From: Candidatus Hadarchaeum yellowstonense
GTDB taxonomy: Archaea > Hadarchaeota > Hadarchaeia > Hadarchaeales > Hadarchaeaceae
Assembly: GCA_001515205.2 (NCBI GenBank)
Contig: LQMQ01000039.1
Span: forward strand, 1-51,958
Direction of reading: 5' to 3'
Length of the DNA: 51,958 bases
Position 1 is the first letter of the stretch; each line of letters starts with the position of its first letter. Made by a program: the position numbers and the translations under genes. Shown here one piece after another: positions 35,675 to 45,076 of this stretch. The notes beneath the pieces are model-generated. The model was not told the origin of the DNA and made no database searches. It worked only from the letters and a program-made list of their open reading frames with translations.

Positions 35675-35940
35675 GTTATCAACCTCTCCTTTTGGTGCTA
35701 CGATTTTCTCTCGTCTGCTATTTAAATAGTTTTCGGCAAATTTTCTGACGCGCCATTGAAGCAAGCTAATTAATGGTTTACGCCATCTTTCGCCACCGCT
35801 TCAAACACCTCGCCGCGGGATAGCATTTCCGGCCCTGACCAAAAACCGTGGCAAAATTGCGCCTTAAGATCACGCGGCCAGTTTGGCCCAAAGAATTATT
35901 TTAATTGGGCAACTTAGCTATGCTAGAACTTGGTGGATGT

Positions 35941-36954
35941 ATGGACAAGGTTAAAGAAGCCCTAAAGAAGGTTGATAAAACCAGGCCCGCCGTTCCCATA
36001 CCCCTCAGCTATGATGACGAGCTGAAACACATCTGGGGCAAAAATTGGGGAGCCCAGAGCGAGATCGGAAAGCTCAGGGAGGTGCTGGTACACAGGCCAG
36101 GCTCTGAGATAGCGCCACCGAAGAAAGACCTAAAATGGTACGGCATGAAAAGCGTCCCCGACGTGAGCAGGGCTGTGGAACAGCACGACAGATTTGTTGA
36201 AATTTTAAAGGACGAGGGAGTAAAAGTTCATTATCTCAATCCCGATCCCAAAGCCAAGGGCCCGTATGCCCCCTTCCAGGGGCTCTGGGGAACAAGGGAC
36301 TTCGGCTTCGTGGTCCGCGGCGGGGCCATCGTCCACCGCATGGCATTACCGTGGGACAGGGGTGCCGAATTCTGGTGGGCAAAAAGGGTCATGGAGCTGG
36401 GTTGCCCCATCCTGTACACCGTTCGGGGATACGGCACGTTTGAGGGAGGCAACGTGGTCTGGCTTGACCCCGCTCACGTGTGCATAGGCAAGAGCATAAG
36501 GACAAACCAGGAGGGAATCGATCAAGTTTCAGCGATACTCGCCTCGGTGGGAGTTGAGGAGATCAAGATCGTCCCCATACCGGGATGGCTTGAAAACGTC
36601 GACTGGCCTGCCGGAGGATTCGCCCACCTGGACTGCGTCTTCGGTTACGTGGACTCCGGTGTTGCCCTGATCTACCCGCCAGGAGTGCCTTACGATTTCC
36701 TGGAGTATTTGCAGGAAAAGGAGATCAACCTGATCGAGGTTCCTCCGGAGGAGGCTAAGGACTACGCCTGCAACACCTTGGCCCTTGAGCCGGGCAAGAT
36801 AATAATGCTGGAGGGATTTGAAGCTGCCCGGAAAAAACTGGAAAAAGAGGGCGTTGAAGTTATAACCGTGAACATGAGCGAGTTTATAAAGTTGGGTGGG
36901 GGTCCACATTGCGCCAGCTCCCCCCTGATCCGTGACCCGGGACCCAAACTATAG
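35941..36954 (+). CDS. Amidinotransferase / DDAH / arginine-deiminase (pentein) family guanidino-modifying enzyme
   Basis: SEIGKLREVLVHRPG, TRD, FEGGN, RTNQEG, HLD, catalytic GGGPHC near the C-terminus. Confidence 0.9.
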   Translation: MDKVKEALKKVDKTRPAVPIPLSYDDELKHIWGKNWGAQSEIGKLREVLVHRPGSEIAPPKKDLKWYGMKSVPDVSRAVEQHDRFVEILKDEGVKVHYLNPDPKAKGPYAPFQGLWGTRDFGFVVRGGAIVHRMALPWDRGAEFWWAKRVMELGCPILYTVRGYGTFEGGNVVWLDPAHVCIGKSIRTNQEGIDQVSAILASVGVEEIKIVPIPGWLENVDWPAGGFAHLDCVFGYVDSGVALIYPPGVPYDFLEYLQEKEINLIEVPPEEAKDYACNTLALEPGKIIMLEGFEAARKKLEKEGVEVITVNMSEFIKLGGGPHCASSPLIRDPGPKL

Positions 36955-36985
36955 GGTCTCCGGAAATTTCAAAAACAGAAAACTT

Positions 36986-37062
36986 TGGTGCGGTGGGCGG
37001 GATTCGAACCCGCGCTGCGAGCTTGGCAAGCTCGTGTCCTAACCAAGCTAGACTACCACCGC
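36986..37062 (-). tRNA. tRNA-Gly(GCC), CCA genomically encoded, no intron
   Basis: Acceptor stem GCGGTGG/CCACCGC, anticodon arm CGAGC-TTGCCAA-GCTCG, T arm GCGGG-TTCGAAT-CCCGC, 3' end ACCA. Confidence 0.97.
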
Positions 37063-37098
37063 TCATGTTGAAGTTGTCAACACCTCAATTAAACATTA

Positions 37099-38604
37099 CT
37101 AGCCCAGGAGAAAATCGATCAGCTGCCCGCCCAGTATTGTCCCCGCCGTAAAGACCACCATGGCCACCGGCAGGGCCCCCGCCACCGCCATTCTCTTGGC
37201 CAGCCCATCGTCGCCCAGCTCGATCTCAACCACATAGTTGACCAGGATCACCGTCAGGATGATCACGTAAACGCCAAGGATGAGGAGAAACTCCGGAGGA
37301 GAGATCCCGGCCGTGCCGAAGAACTCAAGAGCGGCTGTTTTCTCCGAAAGCACCCCCTGTACCCTCGCCGCAACCGAGGTGATCAGCGGGGCAAAGAAAA
37401 GCGCCACCGCCCGCATGGAGGTCACCACCTCGGCCATCGAGCGCCTCATCTCCTCCCTGACCTCCCTCAGCTCACGAAGATGCTGCGCCGTCTGAAGGAT
37501 CGCCTCTCCGGCGGCCCGGGTGCTCCTCTCAATCAGGTCGACCAGCATCTTCAGCGTCCCCTGAATCATGCCTGAGCCCACCTCTCTCATCGCCCCCCTG
37601 TTTTCCTCAAAGAGGGCCGCGCGCAGCCCCATCCCTCCCAAACTGATGTTCGAGGCTGCTGCCCTGAAGACCTCCGCCAGCTTGCTTCCGGCCATGGTCA
37701 CGGCCACATGTCTCAGGGCTTCCTCGGCGGGATGCCCCTCGCTGACGCGATTGCCCAGCTGCACCAGCGCCTCGCTGAACTCCTCCTCCATCTGGATGAT
37801 CTCCTCACGACGCCGGAAGGCCCCCCTGAAGCTCAAGTGGAGGGAGAGGGAAATTCCCAGCACCAGCCCCCAGAGAACGGCCAGAACCATGATCTCGGAA
37901 GGCGCCCCGAGCCACAGACAAGCTACCGGGATTAGAACGGAGGTGAACGCGGCCGCAAAAATCGAACGAAACCAGTTCACCCTGGCCTTGACGCCGGGAA
38001 GCGGGAAAGATGCCGGGCGTCTGGAAAGGACACTGCTGCTCAGGAAATAGACCAGCAGGGGGAGCAAAACACAGTACAGGAGGACCATCGGCACCGGCCC
38101 GATTTGAAGCTCCATTACCGAGAGCACCGGCAGGATGACCACGAGGACCAGCGGGAGCAATACCCCCAGGCTGTAGATCAACAAGGTGGGCAGGTTGATG
38201 CTCGAGGAAAATTCCCGCATCCTTGCCCTGGCGCCCTGCAAGACCAGCTGCAGCGATCTGTCCAGCGTCCTCTCCCGGCTGGCTCTCCGCTCATTCAGGG
38301 AGCTGCGGATGAGATAGATGGACCGACCCAGCTCCGGAAGCACCTTCTCCCAGTGCTGGGCAAACCCCCGCAGCGCCTCGTCCGCGCCAGAATGAAGGCG
38401 CAGGTGGCAAGCGGAGAGCCTCCTTCTCAGATCCTGCCCCATCCGGCCGCCCAGCTGTTCGCCCGCAAAATTACAGGCCCGCTCCAGGTTCGGCGTTATC
38501 TTCATGGCCATGGTGAGATAGCCGATCAGCAGGGGCGCCTCGCCCGCGGCCTTCAGTTTCTCGCAGTTATCCCGCCAGCCCTTCAGAAAAGAGGGCTTCA
38601 TCAT
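37099..38604 (-). CDS. Type II secretion/type IV pilus membrane platform protein (TadC/GspF-like)
   Basis: Two T2SSF-like repeats (NLERA..FA; EFSEAL.QLGNR..EG.PAE.AL) and multiple TM helices. ATGA overlap with the ATPase. Confidence 0.82.
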   Translation of the reverse strand: MMKPSFLKGWRDNCEKLKAAGEAPLLIGYLTMAMKITPNLERACNFAGEQLGGRMGQDLRRRLSACHLRLHSGADEALRGFAQHWEKVLPELGRSIYLIRSSLNERRASRERTLDRSLQLVLQGARARMREFSSSINLPTLLIYSLGVLLPLVLVVILPVLSVMELQIGPVPMVLLYCVLLPLLVYFLSSSVLSRRPASFPLPGVKARVNWFRSIFAAAFTSVLIPVACLWLGAPSEIMVLAVLWGLVLGISLSLHLSFRGAFRRREEIIQMEEEFSEALVQLGNRVSEGHPAEEALRHVAVTMAGSKLAEVFRAAASNISLGGMGLRAALFEENRGAMREVGSGMIQGTLKMLVDLIERSTRAAGEAILQTAQHLRELREVREEMRRSMAEVVTSMRAVALFFAPLITSVAARVQGVLSEKTAALEFFGTAGISPPEFLLILGVYVIILTVILVNYVVEIELGDDGLAKRMAVAGALPVAMVVFTAGTILGGQLIDFLLG

Positions 38605-40778
38605 CCCCTTTGATCCAACGCCGAATCGAACCACTCGCGCCACCTCTGAAACAGCTCACGATAGTCCACGCCCCCTCTCTGGAGCTGCTCCTCGAGAAGG
38701 GAGTGCCAGGCGAGATTGGTCTTTACGATAAACGGGGCCTCCAGCAGTTCCGTCCGGCCCAACTCCGCCTCTTCAACCAGCGATTCATAAATCCTGGCCC
38801 GGAGCTCCAGGTTGGCCATGACCTGGGCCGGGGTCACCCCCCATTTACCCGCTATCCCCGCGATCAACTCTGATTTCCTCAACGACCGCGCCGGACGCAA
38901 GCAGTCGGCGGAATAATCAAAATACATGAGATTCCCAAACCCGTTCTCCGCCACCGGGTCGCTGCGCCATCCCCTTCTCACCTCGACCACCTGCACCAGC
39001 CTCCTGGCCCGAGATGCCCCTCCCCTCACCCGGATGGGCGCGGCCACGACGATGGCCTCGGTTGCCTTGAAAGAACTCGGCGGTATCCTGAGGTCGTGAA
39101 CAACTCTCTCAAAAACATCGCGCGCGGTGGCCCCGTGAATGGTGCCCATCACCGAGTTCCCGGCCGCCCCGACCCTCATGGCCTCATAGAGGACCCGGGC
39201 CTCCTCACCTCTCACCTCTCCTATGATCAGCACCGATTCACCCAGGCGAAGAGCCGCCCGGAGGGCCTCCTCAGCGCGAAACTCGATTCCCCCACCCGAG
39301 ACCGACGACTGCACCTGCAGTGACTGGATCTTATAACCCAGCCCGCGGAGCCTCTCCACCATGAGCTCCCTGGTGTCCTCGATGGTGATGATCCTGAACT
39401 TGGGAAGAATCTCCAGCATCAGCGCCCCCAGCAGGGAAGTTTTACCCGCTCCGCGGCTGCCAGCGATCAGCAGGGAGACCTGGGCGTCCACCAGCAGGCT
39501 GAGCAGCCCCGCCGCATGGGGGGTCAAAAATTTTGCCCTGATGAACTGCGGCAGCGTCCAGGGGGTGGGCTTGTGCCGGCGCAGCGCAAAGGCCAAGCCA
39601 CCGGGGCTGAGGGGCGGCCCGATGGCAGCTATCCTCACCTCACCCAGGTTGAGGTCCAGAACAGGATCCGCCTCGGAGAAAGGCCGGCCGCTGAGGGCGC
39701 GGAACTTTGAGATCATCGACTCAGCGTCGTCTGGGGTGAGGAAGATGTTGGTGAGACACTCGTCGTGATCATGATGCAAGATGTGCACCGGTGTTGTTCC
39801 CACCGGGGCATCGATGTAGATGTCCTGAACCTTAGGATCCTGAAGAAGGGACTCCAGCAGCCCCAGCCCGGCCGTGAACTTGGCCAGGTAGGAGGCCAAG
39901 GCCCTGACCTCCTCCCGCGAGACCTGAATCCTCTCTTTGACCGCCCTCTCGATGATCAGCCTCTCTCCCAGGCGCGCAATCTGTTTGCGGGCCTGCAGGG
40001 GGTTCGGGTCGAGCGCCGGGCATTGCTCGACGATCATCTGCCGCGCGTGCCGGAGGAGCGCCACCTGGTCGTGGGTCAGCCGGTACTCCGGTGGAACCAA
40101 AAAATAAAGATGCTGAAGCCGCCGCGGCAGGCGATAGATCTTCAGCTCACAGCCCTCGACCTCGTAAGAATCGATGAGCTCACCATCGGGTGGCGGCTCC
40201 ATGCTGAGGCGGGTTGTCAAAAAGCAGGGACGGACGAGGGGACGCAATATCTCTGAATATTTCAGGCCCGCCTGGGCAGCCCGCAGCAGCGCTGATCCCC
40301 TCAGTGAATTCAACAGCGGCTCCAGAGTATTTTTGATAAATTCCGACCGACAGGACCGACAGTTGCTGGCCCCGCGCGCCCTTTTCGCGTTGATCTCTTG
40401 GCACAGGTTCTCCAGCCTGCGCAGCCCCGAGAGGGGATTGCCGGAGAGCTCCTCAAGCGCCCTGCTGAGCTGGAGTCTGCGAGAGGCCTCACACCTTCTG
40501 CAGTCAGCTGGCGTGAGGTTTGCCAGCGACCAGCGACGGAACTCATCGAGAATTTCCGCAACCTCTTTGAGCGCCTGCAGGCCCACACCGCTGTACTCGT
40601 GCTCATAAGATCCCGAAAGAACGACAACGTCAACGTCGGGCTCCTCAACCAGGGCCCCCAGAACCCCCCTCATGCACTCACTTGACTTTTCTACCGAGGC
40701 CCCACCACTGCAGCCGCTGCACCTGATCTTCATCACGCGCTCGCTGCCGAGCGTCGTGGTTCTCCTTTCACAGCCCAT
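38601..40778 (-). CDS. Type II/IV secretion system ATPase (VirB11/TadA/FlaI family) with a Cys-rich N-terminus
   Basis: Walker A GSRGAGKT, TIEDT.EL, ALRLG.SVLIIGEVRG.EA, GTIHG. N-terminal CSGC, CRRC, CRSC. Confidence 0.92.
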   Translation of the reverse strand: MGCERRTTTLGSERVMKIRCSGCSGGASVEKSSECMRGVLGALVEEPDVDVVVLSGSYEHEYSGVGLQALKEVAEILDEFRRWSLANLTPADCRRCEASRRLQLSRALEELSGNPLSGLRRLENLCQEINAKRARGASNCRSCRSEFIKNTLEPLLNSLRGSALLRAAQAGLKYSEILRPLVRPCFLTTRLSMEPPPDGELIDSYEVEGCELKIYRLPRRLQHLYFLVPPEYRLTHDQVALLRHARQMIVEQCPALDPNPLQARKQIARLGERLIIERAVKERIQVSREEVRALASYLAKFTAGLGLLESLLQDPKVQDIYIDAPVGTTPVHILHHDHDECLTNIFLTPDDAESMISKFRALSGRPFSEADPVLDLNLGEVRIAAIGPPLSPGGLAFALRRHKPTPWTLPQFIRAKFLTPHAAGLLSLLVDAQVSLLIAGSRGAGKTSLLGALMLEILPKFRIITIEDTRELMVERLRGLGYKIQSLQVQSSVSGGGIEFRAEEALRAALRLGESVLIIGEVRGEEARVLYEAMRVGAAGNSVMGTIHGATARDVFERVVHDLRIPPSSFKATEAIVVAAPIRVRGGASRARRLVQVVEVRRGWRSDPVAENGFGNLMYFDYSADCLRPARSLRKSELIAGIAGKWGVTPAQVMANLELRARIYESLVEEAELGRTELLEAPFIVKTNLAWHSLLEEQLQRGGVDYRELFQRWREWFDSALDQRG

Positions 40779-41004
40779 CCCCTTCCCCCGCCCGGCAGCC
40801 CTCGACTCCGAACCCGGAGGAGGCAAGATTGCTGCAGAGCCTCACCAGACCCGCCAGGTTGGCCTCAAGGGTTGAGACCCTCCTCTCCAGAGCCGCCAGG
40901 CGCTGGCTCAGAATTTTAACGTCGTCCTGCAGCCTCGCCACCATCCTCCCATGGTCGGCGATGATGGCCCTCTCATCGCTCCCCTTGAAGATCATCGGGG
41001 ACAT
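40768..41004 (-). CDS. Small hypothetical coiled-coil protein
   Basis: Overlaps both neighbours in the operon. Heptad pattern VARLQDDVKILSQRLAALERRVSTLE. Confidence 0.6.
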   Translation of the reverse strand: MSPMIFKGSDERAIIADHGRMVARLQDDVKILSQRLAALERRVSTLEANLAGLVRLCSNLASSGFGVEGCRAGEGDGL

Positions 41005-41614
41005 CCCCCTGGGGCGGGCCTCTTCCCTGCCCCCTTCGACCCTTTCTCGCCTCCTGGAGTTCAAGGAGCCAGGAGGAAATCCGCGAAATCTGCTTGGAGA
41101 CCTCCCCGTCCCTGAGCCACTCCTCCCCGGAGCCCGGGTAGGACATCAGCAGAACCCAGGTGCGCTCGCTCAGGAAGCCGGCCTCATGCAGCTCCTGGAA
41201 AAGCCTCTCCGGCCTGGTGCCCGCCAGTTTTCCGATCTGGTCTCGCAGGCAGGCGAGCCTGAAGAAGTCGGCGTCGCCAACCAGTTGCTCCCTGAGCGCC
41301 AGCAGCTCCTCCTTGAGCGCCATAAAATCCCGCCGGGCGAAGCGCAGCCAGTCCTGGCGCAGCTGGACATCCCTTCTGGCGCTGCCGAGGGACTGAAACA
41401 TCTCTGCCGCCGCCGACCTCACCGACGCCACCGCTTTGTTCAGCTTCCGCCAGCGGGACTCGTCGACCCTTGACGCCTCGAGCAGCCACTCCAGTTTCTG
41501 ATCCAGCCTGCGCAGCCTTTTCGCCGCCTTTTCCGGGCTGTCCTGGTCCAGCTCCAGAATTCGGTCCACATCATCCATTACCGCCTCCAGCCTGAGCTCA
41601 CGACCCATCCTCAC
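40973..41614 (-). CDS. Hypothetical helical protein
   Basis: 213-aa ORF with overlapping junctions in the ATPase operon. No recognised family. Confidence 0.7.
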   Translation of the reverse strand: MRMGRELRLEAVMDDVDRILELDQDSPEKAAKRLRRLDQKLEWLLEASRVDESRWRKLNKAVASVRSAAAEMFQSLGSARRDVQLRQDWLRFARRDFMALKEELLALREQLVGDADFFRLACLRDQIGKLAGTRPERLFQELHEAGFLSERTWVLLMSYPGSGEEWLRDGEVSKQISRISSWLLELQEARKGRRGQGRGPPQGDVPDDLQGER

Positions 41615-41849
41615 CCAGCTCCTCCAGCCTCTGCTCCACCCGGGAAAGCTTCATTTTGACCTCATCATCATCGAGCGAGCGGCATCTTTTCAGCTCCTCC
41701 CTCAGGGCGCGGAGGACCTCAACTTCGGCCAGGAGGAGAAGCCTCAGGAGCGAGGGGCCCCTTCTGCCCCGGCTGAGGTGTCTCTCGAGGACAGCAAGCC
41801 CCACATGCCAAGAAACGGCCACAGCAATGACGCCGAGAAGGACCTCCAA
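41598..41849 (-). CDS. Small membrane-anchored hypothetical protein (first gene of the operon)
   Basis: Probable TTG start after GGGAGG, below a TTTTTAAA box. N-terminal hydrophobic helix, then a coiled coil. Confidence 0.55.
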   Translation of the reverse strand: MEVLLGVIAVAVSWHVGLAVLERHLSRGRRGPSLLRLLLLAEVEVLRALREELKRCRSLDDDEVKMKLSRVEQRLEELGEDGS

Positions 41850-42031
41850 GCCTCCCGCCGCATCATTGAGGGCTGCCCGTTTAAAAAAAGGAAAAAAGGA
41901 AATTTCCGGCCGCAGCCCATAACGCCAGGCAGTTAACAATCGACCCATCTGGCTCAACAACGGGGAAGACCGGCCCAGAGATGAACTGCGGACAGTATTT
42001 TAACCGCTTAGGTCGATTTAAGTGTGATCAC

Positions 42032-42610
42032 ATGATGGATGAAATAATCAAGTCGGCCCTTACCTTCTTCGTCATCATGGGTCCCTTTTCCAGCGTCCCG
42101 ATCTTCATCTCGGTGACGAAATACATGAACCAAACGCAAAAGCTCTCCGCGGCCACGCAGGCGATAGCCACCGCCGGAGGGGTCCTCTTCGCCTTCCTCT
42201 TTTTCGGCCAGTTTCTCCTCGATGTCTTCATGATAGATTTTGCCTCGCTGAGCATCGCCGGTGGGTTGATCCTCACCATCCTCGGGATCGAGCTGATGCT
42301 GTCGCTGTCGATCAGCGGCAGGGGGGAAAGCTCTCCGGCCATCACCCTGCTAGCGACGCCCATCCTCACTGGTCCGGGGGTGATCGTCACAACGATGATC
42401 TTTGTGCAGCAGTATGGTTATCTGATAACTTCAATCGCGGCCTTGATCGCCTTAGTGGCCAGCTGGTTGGTCCTCTGGTTTTCCGGACACATCAGCCGGG
42501 CGATAGGGGACTTCGGCACGGGAATTATCTCCCGGATCACCGGGCTGCTGCTGACCGCCTTTGCCATAGAACTCATCATCACCGGAATCAAGGCGGCCTT
42601 CGCCCTTTGA
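42032..42610 (+). CDS. MarC family membrane protein
   Basis: FFVIMGPF...PIF, IAGGLIL, LATPILTGPG.I, ISRITGLLL.A.AIE.I..G. Confidence 0.92.
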   Translation: MMDEIIKSALTFFVIMGPFSSVPIFISVTKYMNQTQKLSAATQAIATAGGVLFAFLFFGQFLLDVFMIDFASLSIAGGLILTILGIELMLSLSISGRGESSPAITLLATPILTGPGVIVTTMIFVQQYGYLITSIAALIALVASWLVLWFSGHISRAIGDFGTGIISRITGLLLTAFAIELIITGIKAAFAL

Positions 42611-42616
42611 ACCCGA

Positions 42617-43840
42617 TCACCGGGCCAAACTTTTCCAGATTTTGCCCTGCGTGGCAATCAGCGCGGCCACCTTGGCCGCGCGGGCGTTGGAATTCATCAC
42701 CAAAACTCCCGCGCGCTCCAGCTGCTCCACTTGCCTCCTGAGATCCTGGGGGTCACCGCCGGTGCCCAGTACCGAGGCCACGGCGCTGAGGTAGCCCCCC
42801 GATTCCTCCACGATCTCCTTTGCCTCCCTCAAAGCGGGGACAAGTTCACCCGCGGGGTTGGGATGGGCCCCAAAGCCCAGGAGAACGTCAAACAGGACCA
42901 CGGCGGTTTCCCAATCCTTCGCCTCCTTCACCAGCCTCTCGCAACGCGGGGTGAGATCAACCGCCGGGTGTTTCCCCCCGGAGAGATATTCGGCCCCGAA
43001 GTCCACGCAGGCATGGCCCTTGCTGGAATGGGGATCCGGCAGCCTGAGCTTGGGCTCGAGGGGAACGTTGGAGTAAATAGCGTCAAAATACCTTCGCAGG
43101 ATCACCATCGTCTCCGTGCAGAGGGCCCCGCCTGAATAAAGCCCCCGGACGAACTTCTGCCCGTAGCCAAACTTGCCGTACTCCTCCGCGGCAATTTTCC
43201 TGAATTTCTCCGGCAAGGCGGGAGAAAGCTCATCGGGTTTACCGGCACCGCTTAAAGCCAGCGCCTCGGCTGCGGCTTCCTCAAGGGTGCTCACGACCGT
43301 CACTCCGGATTGCCCCCCGCCGGCCCTGCCGCCCAGGAAACAGGCCACGGCCGGCTTTCCCGTCTCCGCGGCGGCCTCGAGCACCAGACGTCGGACGCTG
43401 GTGACGGGCTCGCGGGAAAGCACCGCGATGACTTCTGTGGCCGGATCTTCCGCCAAAAATTTTAAGGCCGACAGGGTACCCGAGGCGTTAACGCTCTGGG
43501 AAAGGTCCCTGCAGCCCACGTCAAGCGCCTGGGAGACGCCAACACCATCAACCAAACAGGCGACCTGCTGAATGCCGCTGCCGAAGGTGCCGATTATCCC
43601 TATCGGGCCGCGGCGCACCTTGTTCCAGATGCCGAACCCCTGACCGTTTAAAATCGACGTGCTGCAGCCCGGGCCCAGAAAGAGAAGCCCGCGCTCGGAC
43701 GCGGCCGACTTGAGAGCCGCCTCCTCGGTGAGGGACAAACCGCCGCCGAGAAAAACCACGTTTTTTCCCGACCTAATGGCCTCCATGGCCTCACCCGCGG
43801 CTTGAACTCCCGAGGATGAAATGACGGCGATCTCCACCAT
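42617..43840 (-). CDS. FdrA-like acyl-CoA synthetase/ligase family protein, N-terminally truncated and divergent
   Basis: E..LK..A...GLL.LGP.C.T, VRRGPIG, G.RDLS, RGLYSGG.LC.E, DVLLG.GAHP.PA, GT..DPQ. Confidence 0.75.
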   Translation of the reverse strand: MVEIAVISSSGVQAAGEAMEAIRSGKNVVFLGGGLSLTEEAALKSAASERGLLFLGPGCSTSILNGQGFGIWNKVRRGPIGIIGTFGSGIQQVACLVDGVGVSQALDVGCRDLSQSVNASGTLSALKFLAEDPATEVIAVLSREPVTSVRRLVLEAAAETGKPAVACFLGGRAGGGQSGVTVVSTLEEAAAEALALSGAGKPDELSPALPEKFRKIAAEEYGKFGYGQKFVRGLYSGGALCTETMVILRRYFDAIYSNVPLEPKLRLPDPHSSKGHACVDFGAEYLSGGKHPAVDLTPRCERLVKEAKDWETAVVLFDVLLGFGAHPNPAGELVPALREAKEIVEESGGYLSAVASVLGTGGDPQDLRRQVEQLERAGVLVMNSNARAAKVAALIATQGKIWKSLAR

Positions 43841-43931
43841 GCTGCACCCAACAAAAATCTCTCCTGGTGGTTAAAACACCTGTCACGGGCAACTATCTTA
43901 AGCCGGAGGACCAAGGGAAAAGGGGAGGTAA

Positions 43932-44375
43932 ATGCAATCTGCGAGCTACCGGGTCGGCAGGGCCTTCCTCTGCCGGGCTGACTACCGCTCGGAGCTGATG
44001 AAGTCCACGCTCGATTTGGTGAGGGAGAAAAAAATAAAGATGGCCCTTTTCGCCGTGATCGGCTCAGTTGCGGAGGCGACCCTCGCCTATTACGACCAGT
44101 CAAAAAGGAAATACCGGAAGATCAGGCTGGAAGAGCCGCTGGAAATCGCGGACTCCTGGGGAAACATCTCCTGGAAGGACGGCCAGCCCTTCGCCCACCT
44201 GCACGCCGTGCTTTCCGACGCCGGGGGCAAGACCTACGCCGGGCACCTAGTTCAGGCCACCGTCTTTGCCGCCGAAATTCACCTTCTGGAGCTGATCGGG
44301 AAGAAACTGGAAAGGGAACACGATGAGGTAACCGGGCTGTCGCTCTGGAAGTTCAAAAAACAGGGGTTGAAGTAG
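43932..44375 (+). CDS. PPC/DUF296 domain protein
   Basis: IGSV..A.L.YYD, LEI....GNIS..DG.PF.HLH..L.D, GHL. Confidence 0.9.
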   Translation: MQSASYRVGRAFLCRADYRSELMKSTLDLVREKKIKMALFAVIGSVAEATLAYYDQSKRKYRKIRLEEPLEIADSWGNISWKDGQPFAHLHAVLSDAGGKTYAGHLVQATVFAAEIHLLELIGKKLEREHDEVTGLSLWKFKKQGLK

Positions 44376-45026
44376 CTACTCGGCGTACTGGGTGGGGTCC
44401 TCAATTCCGGCGGCTTGGAAGGCTTTTTTCCGGTTTCTGCAGGACTCACACTTACCGCAGTGAATCTCCCCATCGCGGTAGCAGCTCCACGTCAGCTCCA
44501 GCGGAACCCCCAGCTTCACGGCCAGCTTCAGCACCTCGGCTTTGGTCATGCCGGTGAGCGGGCTCTTCACCTGCAGCTTTGATTCCGTGCCCAAGGAAAT
44601 GGCCTTGGAGATGGCGCGGACAAACTCCTCCCGGCAGTCGGGATAGAATTTGGCATCGTCAAGCTGGGGCCCGTAAAAGATGGCCTCGGCGCCGAGCGAT
44701 GAAGCATAGGCGGCCGCGATCGCCAGCATTACACCGTTTCTAAACGGGACGATGATGCTGGTGTCAAATTTCTCCGGCATGCGCATGCTGCTGTCAATCA
44801 GAGCGGTGACGCCCGGCCCGTAGAGGTCCTTCAGAAATGAGATGTCCACCACCCGGTGCTCCCTCGCCCCCAGCGCCCGGGCAATTTTCTTGGCGCTCTC
44901 CAGCTCCCTGGTGGCCAGCTGCCCGTAGTTGAAGGACAGGCAGTAGAGTTCATAGCCTTCCCTTTTTGCCAGAGCAGCGGCCACGGCGCTGTCAGGACCA
45001 CCCGAGAGGAGACAGACGGCTTTCAT
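44376..45026 (-). CDS. queC: 7-cyano-7-deazaguanine (preQ0) synthase
   Basis: KAVCLLSGGPDS, YGQ, VPFRN, YPDCR, TWSCY, CGKCESC. Start ATG 45026. Confidence 0.95.
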   Translation of the reverse strand: MKAVCLLSGGPDSAVAAALAKREGYELYCLSFNYGQLATRELESAKKIARALGAREHRVVDISFLKDLYGPGVTALIDSSMRMPEKFDTSIIVPFRNGVMLAIAAAYASSLGAEAIFYGPQLDDAKFYPDCREEFVRAISKAISLGTESKLQVKSPLTGMTKAEVLKLAVKLGVPLELTWSCYRDGEIHCGKCESCRNRKKAFQAAGIEDPTQYAE

Positions 45027-45076
45027 ACAATTCCACTTGCCGGTGGAACTAAATAAAACTTTGAAATCTGCGGCGA

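Noticed and set aside
30640-37062. Integrative element at tRNA-Gly
   Set aside because: I found no integrase and no duplicated tRNA 3' end (att site) in the window. Adjacency to a tRNA alone is insufficient.
44376-45026. queC as part of a defence or DNA-modification (Dpd/QatC) system
   Set aside because: It is a canonical-length QueC with no dpd or qat neighbours, so archaeosine precursor synthesis is the simpler explanation.
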